Below are positions 27,580 through 37,524 of a DNA stretch of 64,000 nucleotides, in pieces. The DNA lies in NCBI GenBank assembly GCA_964421995.1, contig CAYQYW010000005.1:2203-66202 (forward strand). The letters are read 5' to 3'. Position 1 is the stretch's first letter. Every line of letters begins with the position of its first letter. This DNA is from an uncultured Candidatus Saccharibacteria bacterium (lineage in GTDB: Bacteria > Patescibacteriota > Minisyncoccia > Phycocordibacterales > CAYQYW01). Below the pieces are notes generated by a model. The model worked only from the letters and a program-made list of their open reading frames with translations. It had not been told where the DNA came from and did no database searches. The translations under genes and the position numbers were made by a program.

Positions 27580-28494
27580 ATGCCACAGCCAAGTCAATTT
27601 CATAGTGATTCAATATTTTGGATTGATGTCGAAAAGATAGCACCTAACCCATATCAGCCACGTCGTGATTTTGATGAGAGCAAACTCCAGAGTCTTTCTG
27701 AATCAATACGACAATACGGCGTTTTACAGCCTATTGTGGTTACTCGTCATGAGACCTTGAGAGATGACGGAAGTCTTGTGGTTGATTATGAGCTTGTTGC
27801 AGGAGAGCGGAGGCACCGTGCATCAAAGTTGGCTGGGATCAGTCAAATTCCTGCAGTGATTAGAAATCCAGACGAATCTGACCAGATGAAACTTGAACTG
27901 GCGATTATTGAAAACATCCAACGAGAAGATTTAAACGCAATTGATCGAGGAAAAGCCTTTGATCAATTAGCAAAGGAGTTTGGATTTAAGCACACACAAA
28001 TTGCAACAAAGGTGGGGAAGAGTAGGGAGTATGTTTCCAACAGCATTAGACTCCTTGCGCTTCCTGAAGAGATACAGCAGTCAGTGGTGGATCAGCAAAT
28101 TTCAGAAGGGCACGCTCGTTCACTTCTCATGTTGGTTGGTAGAGAAGCAGAGCAAACAACATTGTACAAAGAAATTAAATTAAAGAAGTTAACGGTACGA
28201 GAAACAGAGCAAGTTGCACGAAGACTAGCACTTGATAAAGTTAGAAAAAATGATTTATCTGATCCTCGAATACTCCAGTTGGAAGGTGAGTTAACTGAGA
28301 CATTAGGAACTCGAGTACAAATTCAACAAAAGCAAGTTGGAGGACGGGTGGTGATTGAATATTTCTCCCAGGAAGATTTAAAGAATTTGCTAGAGCAAAT
28401 ACAGAAAAGAGATTTATCTGAAGAGATAACCGTGGAGAAAGTAGTGGAAGACTCTGAAGAAGATATGTACTCTATTAAAAACTTCTCTATCTAG
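27580..28494 (+). CDS. parB: Chromosome partitioning protein ParB/Spo0J
   Basis: ParB N-terminal box LQPIVV..., GERRHRA arginine patch, HTH, C-terminal dimerisation region. No parA adjacent. Confidence 0.85.
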   Translation: MPQPSQFHSDSIFWIDVEKIAPNPYQPRRDFDESKLQSLSESIRQYGVLQPIVVTRHETLRDDGSLVVDYELVAGERRHRASKLAGISQIPAVIRNPDESDQMKLELAIIENIQREDLNAIDRGKAFDQLAKEFGFKHTQIATKVGKSREYVSNSIRLLALPEEIQQSVVDQQISEGHARSLLMLVGREAEQTTLYKEIKLKKLTVRETEQVARRLALDKVRKNDLSDPRILQLEGELTETLGTRVQIQQKQVGGRVVIEYFSQEDLKNLLEQIQKRDLSEEITVEKVVEDSEEDMYSIKNFSI

Positions 28495-29956
28495 CTTTGT
28501 TTAGGTACGCGTTTATCTTTCGCTGTGCTACTGATGATTTTGCATAGTCGAGCCACTTCACTGTTGGATGGCTAGATTCTTTTGTAGTGATTTCTACTAT
28601 GTCGCCGTTTTTTAATTTAGTACTAAGGGATACTAATTTACCTCCAATTTTTGCACCACTTAAATGATCTCCAATGGCGGTATGTACTGCATAAGCAAAA
28701 TCAATTGGTGTTGAGTTAATAGGAAGGTCAATGGCATCTCCTGCTGGAGTGAATACAAAGATTCTAAAGTTGAAGAAGTCTGATTTAAGATTTTCAAAAA
28801 ATTCATTAGTGCCAACTTGTTCAAGTGCAGCAATGTCATGTAGCCATGCCGGTGCTTCTGTTGTATCTTCTTTCCGACTCTTTTTTGGAAGAAATTGTTC
28901 AAACCAATTTTGTTGGTCTGGCCGAAGTTCCCTTTTGTATGACATATGAGATGCAATACCATACTGTGCAATCTGATCCATTTCTTCGGTTCGTATTTGA
29001 ATTTCAACTAGTGAGCCATCTCCGATAAAGACGGTAGTATGCAGGCTTTGGTATCCATTAAGTTTTTCGTTTCCAATATAGTCTTTAATCCTTCCTGGAA
29101 GTGGTTTCCAGAGATTATGAACTACACGGAGGACTTTGTAGCAGTCATCTATTGATTGCACAACAATTCTAATTGCAGAAATGTCATAGATTTTATTAAT
29201 GTCATTTCCTTTTCTTTGTAATTTTTTAAATAAACTATAGAGCCCTTTTACTCTAATTTCAGTTCTAAACTTGGTAATATTTACTCGTGCAAGTTCCTTT
29301 TTGACAGACTTAAGTGCCCTATCAAGATGTCGCTCATTTTCCTTACTTTTTTGTTTTCGAAGGAGTAGCACCTCCTTATATTTTATAGGGTGTACATACG
29401 GGAAGGCTAAGTCCTCTAGCTCTTTCCGAAGTGTTCCAATACCAAGTCGCCCCGCAATGGGAGCGTATACCTGAAGTGTTTCAAGAGCGATTCGTTTTCG
29501 TTTATCTTTTCGAACATGCTCAAGTGTTTTCATATTGTGGAGACGGTCTGCAAATTTAATAATGAGAACGCGAACATCTTGTGAAGTTGCAACAAGAAGT
29601 TTTCGAAGACTCTCAATGTGTCGTTCCATACCTCGGTACTTTACTCTTCCAAGCTTCGTAACTCCATTTACAAGAAATAACACCTCGTCCCCAAATAATT
29701 CTTTCACCTCTTCTTCTAGTGCAACTGCATCTTCTACAGAATCGTGAAGTAATCCTGCAACAATAACTTTGCTACTCATTCCGAGTTGTGCCAAGGTTTT
29801 TGCAACTTCTATGGGATGTACAAAATAGGGTTCTCCAGATTTTCGAAAATGTTTATCGTGTGCCCTTTTTCCAAAGTCATATCCACGTGTCACAAATTCC
29901 CTTTCTTTTTTGGTAGGGAAGCTCATCAAATCAATTATCTCGCTGACTGGTGACAT
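28487..29956 (-). CDS. rel: Bifunctional (p)ppGpp synthetase/hydrolase, short Rel/SpoT homolog (HD, synthetase and TGS domains; no ACT)
   Basis: HD motif HPIEVAKTL...LHDSVED. Synthetase RIKDYIGNEKLNGYQSLHTTV. C-terminal TGS domain. Confidence 0.85.
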   Translation of the reverse strand: MSPVSEIIDLMSFPTKKEREFVTRGYDFGKRAHDKHFRKSGEPYFVHPIEVAKTLAQLGMSSKVIVAGLLHDSVEDAVALEEEVKELFGDEVLFLVNGVTKLGRVKYRGMERHIESLRKLLVATSQDVRVLIIKFADRLHNMKTLEHVRKDKRKRIALETLQVYAPIAGRLGIGTLRKELEDLAFPYVHPIKYKEVLLLRKQKSKENERHLDRALKSVKKELARVNITKFRTEIRVKGLYSLFKKLQRKGNDINKIYDISAIRIVVQSIDDCYKVLRVVHNLWKPLPGRIKDYIGNEKLNGYQSLHTTVFIGDGSLVEIQIRTEEMDQIAQYGIASHMSYKRELRPDQQNWFEQFLPKKSRKEDTTEAPAWLHDIAALEQVGTNEFFENLKSDFFNFRIFVFTPAGDAIDLPINSTPIDFAYAVHTAIGDHLSGAKIGGKLVSLSTKLKNGDIVEITTKESSHPTVKWLDYAKSSVAQRKINAYLNKAR

Positions 29957-29981
29957 ATATACCCATTCTACTGTAAAGGTT

Positions 29982-32297
29982 TTATTTGTCTAATAGATTT
30001 ACTGCGTCCTCTAGGGTAAACGTAGTAAGCTTAATTTCTTCACCAAGGTAAATGTTTCTTCTTCCTTTTTTAATAAATAACCCAGACTTATTTTCAAATA
30101 CATTGATCTGTTTTTTTTCATGTTTTCCTAACCTCATTGCAATTTTCGCACCGTGTGGGATTTTCTCTTCCGCAAGTAGTTCAACTGCACGTTCTAGTGT
30201 AATCTCGTACACATCATCCGGTGCTTTGATAGATCTAAATTCTCCGTCGTGAACAACGTATGGACCGAAGCGTCCAATACTTGCTTTTATTTCTTTATTT
30301 GTTTCAGGGTGCTTTCCTAGTGTTCGTGGAATGCTTAGATATTTAACTGCCATCGCTTCCGTAATGTTTTCCAGATCAACTTCCTTCGGAACACTTCCTC
30401 GCTTTGGCTTTGGGTTCTCTTTTGTTTTTTCTCCAAGTTGTACGTAGGGACCGAATCGTCCGTGGAGGAGGTAAATGTGGTCACCTGTTTCTGGGTCCTT
30501 TGCTATTGGTTCGTCTGGCTGTAACTCTAACCCTTCAATAGTTCGAGCGCCGTCGCAATCAGGGAAGGTAGAGCAACTTATAAACTTACCACCTCTTCCG
30601 AGCTTGATAATCATATTCTTACCACATTTAGGACAGGTAAACTCTTCTGGAGCGTCTCCCAGATTGGTGATTTTTTCAATGTCTTCCTTTGATTGCACTT
30701 GCTTGAGGAATGGTCCATAGAAGTCAGTTAAGGTTTTTTTGTATGTTCTCTTTCCTTCTGCAATCTCATCCAATTCCTCCTCCATTTCTGCGGTAAAATC
30801 ATCACTCACATATTTAGTAAAGTGTTCTTCGAGGAAGCTGCTTACTACATCTCCAGTGTCCGTTGGGATCAGTGTTTTTCCTTCTTTATCTACGTAGCCG
30901 CGTTCAATAATGGTACGCATGATTGAAGCGTAGGTTGAGGGACGTCCAATACCTCTTTTTTCAAGTTCCTTAATAAGGCTAGCTTCAGAGTATCTGTTTG
31001 GTGGTTGTGTTTGTTTTGCTTCCGAATTAATCTCTAGGAGTGTAAGTTCATCATTAATAGAAACGTTTGGTACCTCAGTATCTTCTCCTGAAGCAGCGGG
31101 ATCTGCTTTTAACCATCCTAGAAAGACCACCCGTGAACCATTTACCGCAAAGTCTGGAATCGTTCCATCTCCTACGGTCACGAGCAGTTTTGTCTTTTTT
31201 AGTTTTGCATCCGTCATTTGTGAAGCTACCGTTCGCGACCAGATTAGATTATAGAGTTGTTTCTGTTCGTTAGTTGTTCCCGCTACCTCCTTAGAACTAT
31301 TAGTTGGTCGTATTGCTTCGTGTGCTTCTTGTGCACCTTTACTCTTTTTTTTGAAGGTACGAAATTCTAAGTATTCCTTTCCATAGTTTTTTTCAACAAC
31401 GGTCTTTATCTGAACCAGTGCTTGACTTCCAAGCGTAGTACTATCGGTACGCATGTAGGTAATGTGTCCTGCTTCATATAGTTTCTGTGCAATACCCATG
31501 GTTTTACTTGGTGCAAATCCAAGTCGTGAACTTGCAGTTTGTTGAAGTGTTGACGTGATGAAGGGGGCTTTTGGAGTTCGCTTCATTTCAGATTCTTTTA
31601 TAGTACTCACTATCCACGAATTAGTCTTTCCGTACTCAAGGATTTTCTCTACTAATTTTTTGTCACGTGGTTCTTCTACGCAGCCAATTTGGAAATTTCC
31701 ATCTGCATTAGAAACATTCGCAATGATCGTCCAGTAGTCTTCTGGGACGAAGGCGCGTATCTCTCGCTCCTTTTCCATGATGATTCGAAGTGCTGGTGAT
31801 TGTACGCGACCGGCTGAAAGTCCATACCGAACCTTTTTCCAGATGAGTCCTGACAGATCGTATCCTACCAGCCTATCGAGTACTCGACGCGCCTCCTGGG
31901 CACTTTTTAGATTGTCGTCAATTTCACGCGGGTGGTTAATCGCTTCTTTGACCGCATCTTCGGTAATTTCATGGAAAACGATTCGTTTCGGGTTCTTGAG
32001 CTTCAGAATTTCCTTTAGATGCCATGCAATAGCTTCTCCCTCACGATCGGCATCCATTGCGAGGACTACCTCTTCTGATTTTTTCGCTAGTTTCGCTAGT
32101 TCATCAATAACATTCTCTTTTCCCTTTGAGATTTCATAGTGGGGGATAAATCCTCCAGGGATATCAATCGCTTTCTTATTACTCTTCGGGAGGTCACGAA
32201 CATGACCAACAGAAGCTTTCACGATATACCTATCGTCCAGATATTTTGATATGGTCTTCGCTTTCGCGGGAGATTCTACGATCAATAATTTACTCAT
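29982..32297 (-). CDS. topA: DNA topoisomerase I
   Basis: 771 aa. Toprim LLIVESPAKAKTI, active-site Tyr region, C-terminal zinc ribbon CPKCGKNMIIKLGRGGKFISCSTFPDC. Confidence 0.95.
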   Translation of the reverse strand: MSKLLIVESPAKAKTISKYLDDRYIVKASVGHVRDLPKSNKKAIDIPGGFIPHYEISKGKENVIDELAKLAKKSEEVVLAMDADREGEAIAWHLKEILKLKNPKRIVFHEITEDAVKEAINHPREIDDNLKSAQEARRVLDRLVGYDLSGLIWKKVRYGLSAGRVQSPALRIIMEKEREIRAFVPEDYWTIIANVSNADGNFQIGCVEEPRDKKLVEKILEYGKTNSWIVSTIKESEMKRTPKAPFITSTLQQTASSRLGFAPSKTMGIAQKLYEAGHITYMRTDSTTLGSQALVQIKTVVEKNYGKEYLEFRTFKKKSKGAQEAHEAIRPTNSSKEVAGTTNEQKQLYNLIWSRTVASQMTDAKLKKTKLLVTVGDGTIPDFAVNGSRVVFLGWLKADPAASGEDTEVPNVSINDELTLLEINSEAKQTQPPNRYSEASLIKELEKRGIGRPSTYASIMRTIIERGYVDKEGKTLIPTDTGDVVSSFLEEHFTKYVSDDFTAEMEEELDEIAEGKRTYKKTLTDFYGPFLKQVQSKEDIEKITNLGDAPEEFTCPKCGKNMIIKLGRGGKFISCSTFPDCDGARTIEGLELQPDEPIAKDPETGDHIYLLHGRFGPYVQLGEKTKENPKPKRGSVPKEVDLENITEAMAVKYLSIPRTLGKHPETNKEIKASIGRFGPYVVHDGEFRSIKAPDDVYEITLERAVELLAEEKIPHGAKIAMRLGKHEKKQINVFENKSGLFIKKGRRNIYLGEEIKLTTFTLEDAVNLLDK

Positions 32298-32515
32298 TCA
32301 CTACAATAAATACTTCAAAAACTAATTCTTGTCAAATTTCTTGCAGAATACTTCATTTTATTTTTGAATATTATATTTTTTTTAAAATTTTATATCAAAA
32401 TAATATTGAAAATACATGGTTATTCTCTGTACATTATTGACACCCATTTTTTTATAATTCGTTATATCTTATCCACCTCTCTAGATCAGAACTCGGCGCT
32501 ATACTAGACTTAACG

Positions 32516-32543
32516 AGGCAGTCCACTTGGTGAGGGACTGCCT
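32516..32543 (+). promoter_or_regulatory. Perfect 9-bp-stem hairpin in the topA/nrdA divergent intergenic region (possible nrd leader structure or operator)
   Basis: AGGCAGTCC-(10 nt)-GGACTGCCT. Not followed by a T-run. Confidence 0.25.
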
Positions 32544-32613
32544 TAAGTAACTCTCATGATGTCACCCTGACGCTTTATACTTTAGAAACCTTATCCGCAT
32601 AATATAGATACAT

Positions 32614-35406
32614 ATGCCTACCATAGAGAAAATTAAGAAACGGAACGGACAGATTGTTGATTTTTCTGTAGAAAAGATTACCAAAGCGATTGAGAATGCC
32701 TTTATTGATGAATTCCAAGACCCACGTACTACTGAAGCACACTCAATAACTGATCAGGTGGTTCGGAAGCTTGAGGAGGGTGAAAGCGTTCCTTCAGTTG
32801 AACTCATTCAAGATCTCGTAGAACAGGCACTTATGGAGCGTGGTTTCTATATCGTGGCAAAGAATTACATCATTTATCGTTACCAACACGAAAAAGTACG
32901 AGAAGAGAAGAAAGAAGAAATGCTACAGAAAATTGATAAGAATGTGCTCATGATTACGAAGAGTGATGGATCATGTGTTGCATTCAGTACCAACAAGATC
33001 AAAAAGACACTTGGATTTGCTGCTATTGGCTACGAAGCTGATATCGATCAAGATGCAATTGTTGCGCAGGTAAAAAATGAGGTGTATGAAGGAATGACCA
33101 CTCATGAAGTTTCTCAAATTCTCATTATGGTTGTGCGATCATTTATCGAACGAGACAGTGTATATACAAAAGTTGCTGCACAACTTTTGTTGTTCACGAT
33201 CTATGAAGAGGTTCTTGGAGAAGTTGACTATACAAAACTTGAGGAACTTCATGCAGAAGCGTTTATGAAGAATATTAAACAAGAAGTTGAGAACGGGAAA
33301 CTAGATAGTCGAATGCTGGAGTTTAATTTAGAAAAGTTAGGGAAAGCAATGAAGCTTTCGTTTGATAAGGAGTTCAAGTATCTAGGACTTCAAACGCTCT
33401 ATGATCGTTATTTCCTACGAAGAGATAAGTTGGTAGTGGAGACACCGCAGATGTTCTGGATGCGTATCGCAATGGGAACTGCACTTAAGGAAGTTGATAA
33501 GGAAAAGTGGGCGCTTGAGTTCTACAACATCATGGCGACCATGTTGTATACTCCATCAACACCAACACTCTTTCATGCAGGAACATCGAAGCCACAGCTT
33601 TCATCATGTTACTTGAGTACTGTTGGTGACTCACTTGATCAGATTTTTAAGAACTACTCAGACAGCGCACAGCTTTCAAAGTGGTCAGGAGGTCTTGGAA
33701 TTGATTGGACAAGCGTTCGCGCAACTGGGTCTAACATTAAAGGAACCGGAGTTGAGAGCCAGGGAGTGATTCCGTTCTTGAAGATTGCAAATGATGTAAC
33801 GGCAGCCATTAATCGCAGCGGACGACGACGTGGTGCAGCGTGTGTGTATCTTGAAACATGGCACTTTGATATTCTTGATTTTATTGAACTCAGGAAGAAT
33901 ACCGGAGACGAGAGAAGAAGGACACATGATCTGAACACGGCGAACTGGATTCCTGATCTATTCATGAAGCGTGTTGAGGAAGGAGGGAATTGGACACTTT
34001 TTAGTCCAAGTGATGTTCCTGAACTCCATGAGATATATGGAAGGGAATTTGAAAAAAAGTATGAAGAATACGAGGCGATGGCGGAACGAGGGGAGTTAAA
34101 GAGTGATACAAAGAAGATAAAGGCGGAAGAGCTTTGGAGGAAGATGATGGCAATGTTGTTTGAAACAGGCCATGCATGGATTACCTTTAAGGATCCATCA
34201 AATATTCGGTCCCCTCAAGACCATGCTGGTGTAGTACATAGCTCAAATCTTTGTACAGAGATTACCCTTAACACCTCAAGAAACGAAACTGCGGTATGTA
34301 ACCTTGGATCATTGAATCTTGCGAAGTTTGTAAAAAACGGTGTCTTTGATAAAGGATTGGCAGCAGAGGTGGTGCCAACTGCAATGCGTATGCTCGATAA
34401 TGTGATTAATCTAAACTTTTATCCTACCAAGGATGCAAAGCGATCAAACATGAAGCACCGACCAGTAGGGCTCGGAGTCCGAGGACTACAAGACGCTCTC
34501 TATCAACTTGGCATTAACTTTGATTCTGATGCAGCAGTACAATTTTCCGATGAGAGTACTGAAGTGATTGCTTACTATGCAATTCTTGCGTCTAGTCTTC
34601 TTTCAAAAGAACGAGGAGCGTATGAAAGTTTTAAGGGAAGCAAGTGGGATCGAGGTATTTTACCACAAGACACCTTAGCACTGCTTGAAGCAGAACGAGG
34701 TATGACAATTGATGTACCACGAAATGAACGAATGGATTGGAGTGTGGTGCGTGACTCAATCAAAGAACACGGCATGCGAAACTCAAACACCATGGCAATT
34801 GCACCTACCGCAACTACCGCAAACATCGTGGGCTGTTTTCCAACAGTTGAACCGATTTACAAAAATCTTTACGTGAAGAGTAATCAAGCAGGTGATTTTA
34901 TTGTAACGAACGACTATCTCATCAATGATCTAAAAAAGCTAAACCTTTGGAATAAAAAGATGCTTGACCAGATTAAATTTCATGATGGAAAACTACATAC
35001 TATCGCTAGTATTCCTCAGGAAATGAAGGATAGGTATAAGGAAGTGTTTGAGATTGAACCAATGTGGTTGGTAAAAGCAGCAGCGTATCGCGGACGATGG
35101 ATTGACCAGAGTCAGTCACTCAATATCTACTTCAATGGAACATCAGGAAAGGTTTTAACCGAAGTGTACTTCTACGCATGGAAGATGGGATTGAAGACGA
35201 CGTACTATTTGCGCAGTGAGGCAGCAACACAAGTTGAGAAGTCTACCGTGAATGCAGCAGAATACGGATCAACACATACACGAAATGAATTTAGTAATAC
35301 GGTTGGAGTTCCTGCAACTGTGGGCGAAGTGACTCCACCAGTTCCTGCACCAGTTGTTGTTTCTCGAGAATCAGATGGAGGAGTTTGTGAATCATGCGAA
35401 GCGTAA
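32614..35406 (+). CDS. nrdA: Ribonucleoside-diphosphate reductase alpha subunit (class I) with N-terminal ATP-cone
   Basis: 930 aa. ATP-cone at N-terminus. Catalytic NLCTEI and C-terminal Cys pair (CESCEA). Confidence 0.9.
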   Translation: MPTIEKIKKRNGQIVDFSVEKITKAIENAFIDEFQDPRTTEAHSITDQVVRKLEEGESVPSVELIQDLVEQALMERGFYIVAKNYIIYRYQHEKVREEKKEEMLQKIDKNVLMITKSDGSCVAFSTNKIKKTLGFAAIGYEADIDQDAIVAQVKNEVYEGMTTHEVSQILIMVVRSFIERDSVYTKVAAQLLLFTIYEEVLGEVDYTKLEELHAEAFMKNIKQEVENGKLDSRMLEFNLEKLGKAMKLSFDKEFKYLGLQTLYDRYFLRRDKLVVETPQMFWMRIAMGTALKEVDKEKWALEFYNIMATMLYTPSTPTLFHAGTSKPQLSSCYLSTVGDSLDQIFKNYSDSAQLSKWSGGLGIDWTSVRATGSNIKGTGVESQGVIPFLKIANDVTAAINRSGRRRGAACVYLETWHFDILDFIELRKNTGDERRRTHDLNTANWIPDLFMKRVEEGGNWTLFSPSDVPELHEIYGREFEKKYEEYEAMAERGELKSDTKKIKAEELWRKMMAMLFETGHAWITFKDPSNIRSPQDHAGVVHSSNLCTEITLNTSRNETAVCNLGSLNLAKFVKNGVFDKGLAAEVVPTAMRMLDNVINLNFYPTKDAKRSNMKHRPVGLGVRGLQDALYQLGINFDSDAAVQFSDESTEVIAYYAILASSLLSKERGAYESFKGSKWDRGILPQDTLALLEAERGMTIDVPRNERMDWSVVRDSIKEHGMRNSNTMAIAPTATTANIVGCFPTVEPIYKNLYVKSNQAGDFIVTNDYLINDLKKLNLWNKKMLDQIKFHDGKLHTIASIPQEMKDRYKEVFEIEPMWLVKAAAYRGRWIDQSQSLNIYFNGTSGKVLTEVYFYAWKMGLKTTYYLRSEAATQVEKSTVNAAEYGSTHTRNEFSNTVGVPATVGEVTPPVPAPVVVSRESDGGVCESCEA

Positions 35407-35407
35407 T

Positions 35408-36445
35408 ATGTCATCAATTAAAAAAACAACAGAACGAACTAATGTTAATAATCGAAGGATTATTAACGGAAAAGATGCAGATGTAATTCAGCTCTATCCA
35501 ATACGACATACCTTTGCGTGGGACGCGTACTTGGCTGCCAACGCAAATCACTGGCTGCCAACGGAAATAAATATGCAGAAGGATGTTGAGCAATGGAGAT
35601 CTTCTTCAGTGCTTACCGATGACGAGCGACAAGCATTTGAGACCGTGTTGGGATTTTTCTCGACAGCTGACTCTATTGCAGCAAATAATGTGGTAATGGC
35701 CACCTACCCCCATATTACGTCTCCTGAGTGTCGTATGTACCTCCTTCGACAGGCATATGAGGAGGCAATTCATACCCATGCATATCAACACATTGTAGAG
35801 ACGCTTTCATTAGACGAAGGAAAGATCTTTAACATGTATCGAGAAGTTGAAGCAATTTATGCAAAGGATGATTTTGCACTTACCTTTAATGAAGGTATCT
35901 TTAATCCTGCTTTCAAAACAGGAACTTTCGATGCTGACCAATTATTCCTTGAAAACATGTGTGTTTTTTCACTTGTCCTCGAGGGAATCTATTTCTATAC
36001 TTCATTTGCCGTAGTCTTTGGATTTCAACGACAGAATAAGATGGTTGGTTCTGCTGAACAGATTCAGTACATCATGCGGGATGAATCAATGCATCTTAAC
36101 TTTGGCATTGATATCATTAATACGATTAAAGACGAGCAGCCTGAACTATGGACACCAGGATTCCAGGAACGAATTATTACGCTGGTGAAGAAGGCAACTG
36201 AACTTGAATATACGTACGCGAGGGAAGTATTCCCTCGAGGAATTTTCGGCATGAATGCGGATGGATTCAAGCAGTACATTGAAAATATTGCAGACAGACG
36301 TTTGAACCGAGTAGGACTTCCTTCTCAGTTTAATGTAGAAAACCCATTTCCATGGATGTCTGAGGCAATTGATCTTTCAAAGGAGAAGAACTTCTTTGAA
36401 ACAAGAGTTACTGAGTACAAGATAGGAGGTACGCTTGATTGGTAG
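35408..36445 (+). CDS. nrdB: Ribonucleoside-diphosphate reductase beta subunit
   Basis: Ferritin-like diiron motifs EEAIHTHAY and MRDESMHLNF. Start placed at MSSIKK (35408), immediately after the nrdA stop. Confidence 0.9.
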   Translation: MSSIKKTTERTNVNNRRIINGKDADVIQLYPIRHTFAWDAYLAANANHWLPTEINMQKDVEQWRSSSVLTDDERQAFETVLGFFSTADSIAANNVVMATYPHITSPECRMYLLRQAYEEAIHTHAYQHIVETLSLDEGKIFNMYREVEAIYAKDDFALTFNEGIFNPAFKTGTFDADQLFLENMCVFSLVLEGIYFYTSFAVVFGFQRQNKMVGSAEQIQYIMRDESMHLNFGIDIINTIKDEQPELWTPGFQERIITLVKKATELEYTYAREVFPRGIFGMNADGFKQYIENIADRRLNRVGLPSQFNVENPFPWMSEAIDLSKEKNFFETRVTEYKIGGTLDW

Positions 36446-36446
36446 T

Positions 36447-36626
36447 ATGCCTAAAAGTATTGAATCATCAGGTGATGAAATACGAGAGAAGAAGCGTGTT
36501 GAACGTATTCGTGAACTTGACGCTCTTTCTTACAAAATTTTGCGTACCGGAAAAAACAAAACTGAGCGTGAAAATATCTGGGAAAAAATAAAAGACTTTA
36601 GAGATCAAGTTGATAAGCTTGTGTAG
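36447..36626 (+). CDS. Hypothetical small charged/coiled-coil protein
   Basis: About 60-aa ORF directly after nrdB. No family recognised. Confidence 0.2.
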   Translation: MPKSIESSGDEIREKKRVERIRELDALSYKILRTGKNKTERENIWEKIKDFRDQVDKLV

Positions 36627-36631
36627 TGTTG

Positions 36632-37480
36632 TTATACCCGCTTCATCTTTCCAAGTCTCTCCTGAATTAATCCTTTAATACTCATTGTGTGAAGCATTAT
36701 TTTCGCTTCTCTCTCTGACATATCCATTTGATTGATGAGTCCTTCTTTTGACATAGGTTCTCGCAATAGCCAGAGAACCTTTTTTTCTTTTTCAGTAGGT
36801 ATGGGGAGTTCGTGTTGAATGGTTCCAAGGTGTAGTGCTTCAATAATATCCTCACTTTTGGTAATGGGTGTAGCACCAAGTCGTATTAACATGTGTGGTC
36901 CGTAGGAGGTTGTATGGAAAATTGAACCAGGAATCGTTAGTACATCTCTGTTATAATCCAGCGCGAGTCGTGAGGTAATGAGTGTCCCCGATTTGTTCGT
37001 TGCTTCGACTACGAGTGTTGCATGACTCATTCCTGCCATGATTCTATTTCTTTCTGCAAAACTTCTCGGCATCGCTCGAAACTCAGGATCAAACTCAGAA
37101 AGCAGTGCGCCTCCTGACTCCATAATCATGTGTGCGAGTGGCTGATTTGTTTTTGGATACAGTACAGAGTCATCGAGCCCTGAACCTGGAACGGCTACCG
37201 TGTGAAGTCCTGCGGCTAATGCTGAACGGTGTGCAATTGCATCAATACCGAGCGCAAGTCCGGAGACGATTGAAATGTTGTGTCCTTTGAGCCCTGAAAG
37301 CAGTTTTTCACAACAATATTGCCCGTATGCTGAATATTTCCGAGAACCCACCACACAAAGTAATTTAGTAGTTAAACTCGGGAGCTCTCCTCGGACAAAG
37401 AGTTGTTTGGGTGGATCGGGGATCTCCTTCAGCAATTCTGGGAAGGAGTTTTCCGAAAGTTGTCTGATTGCACGTGTCAT
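36632..37480 (-). CDS. dprA: DNA processing protein DprA (Smf)
   Basis: Rossmann-like core VVGSRKYSAYGQ...IVSGLALGIDAIAHRSAL...VAVPGSGLD. Confidence 0.85.
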   Translation of the reverse strand: MTRAIRQLSENSFPELLKEIPDPPKQLFVRGELPSLTTKLLCVVGSRKYSAYGQYCCEKLLSGLKGHNISIVSGLALGIDAIAHRSALAAGLHTVAVPGSGLDDSVLYPKTNQPLAHMIMESGGALLSEFDPEFRAMPRSFAERNRIMAGMSHATLVVEATNKSGTLITSRLALDYNRDVLTIPGSIFHTTSYGPHMLIRLGATPITKSEDIIEALHLGTIQHELPIPTEKEKKVLWLLREPMSKEGLINQMDMSEREAKIMLHTMSIKGLIQERLGKMKRV

Positions 37481-37524
37481 TGTACTATAATAATATTGTA
37501 TATTAGAATAGTGTCTATAAAGTT

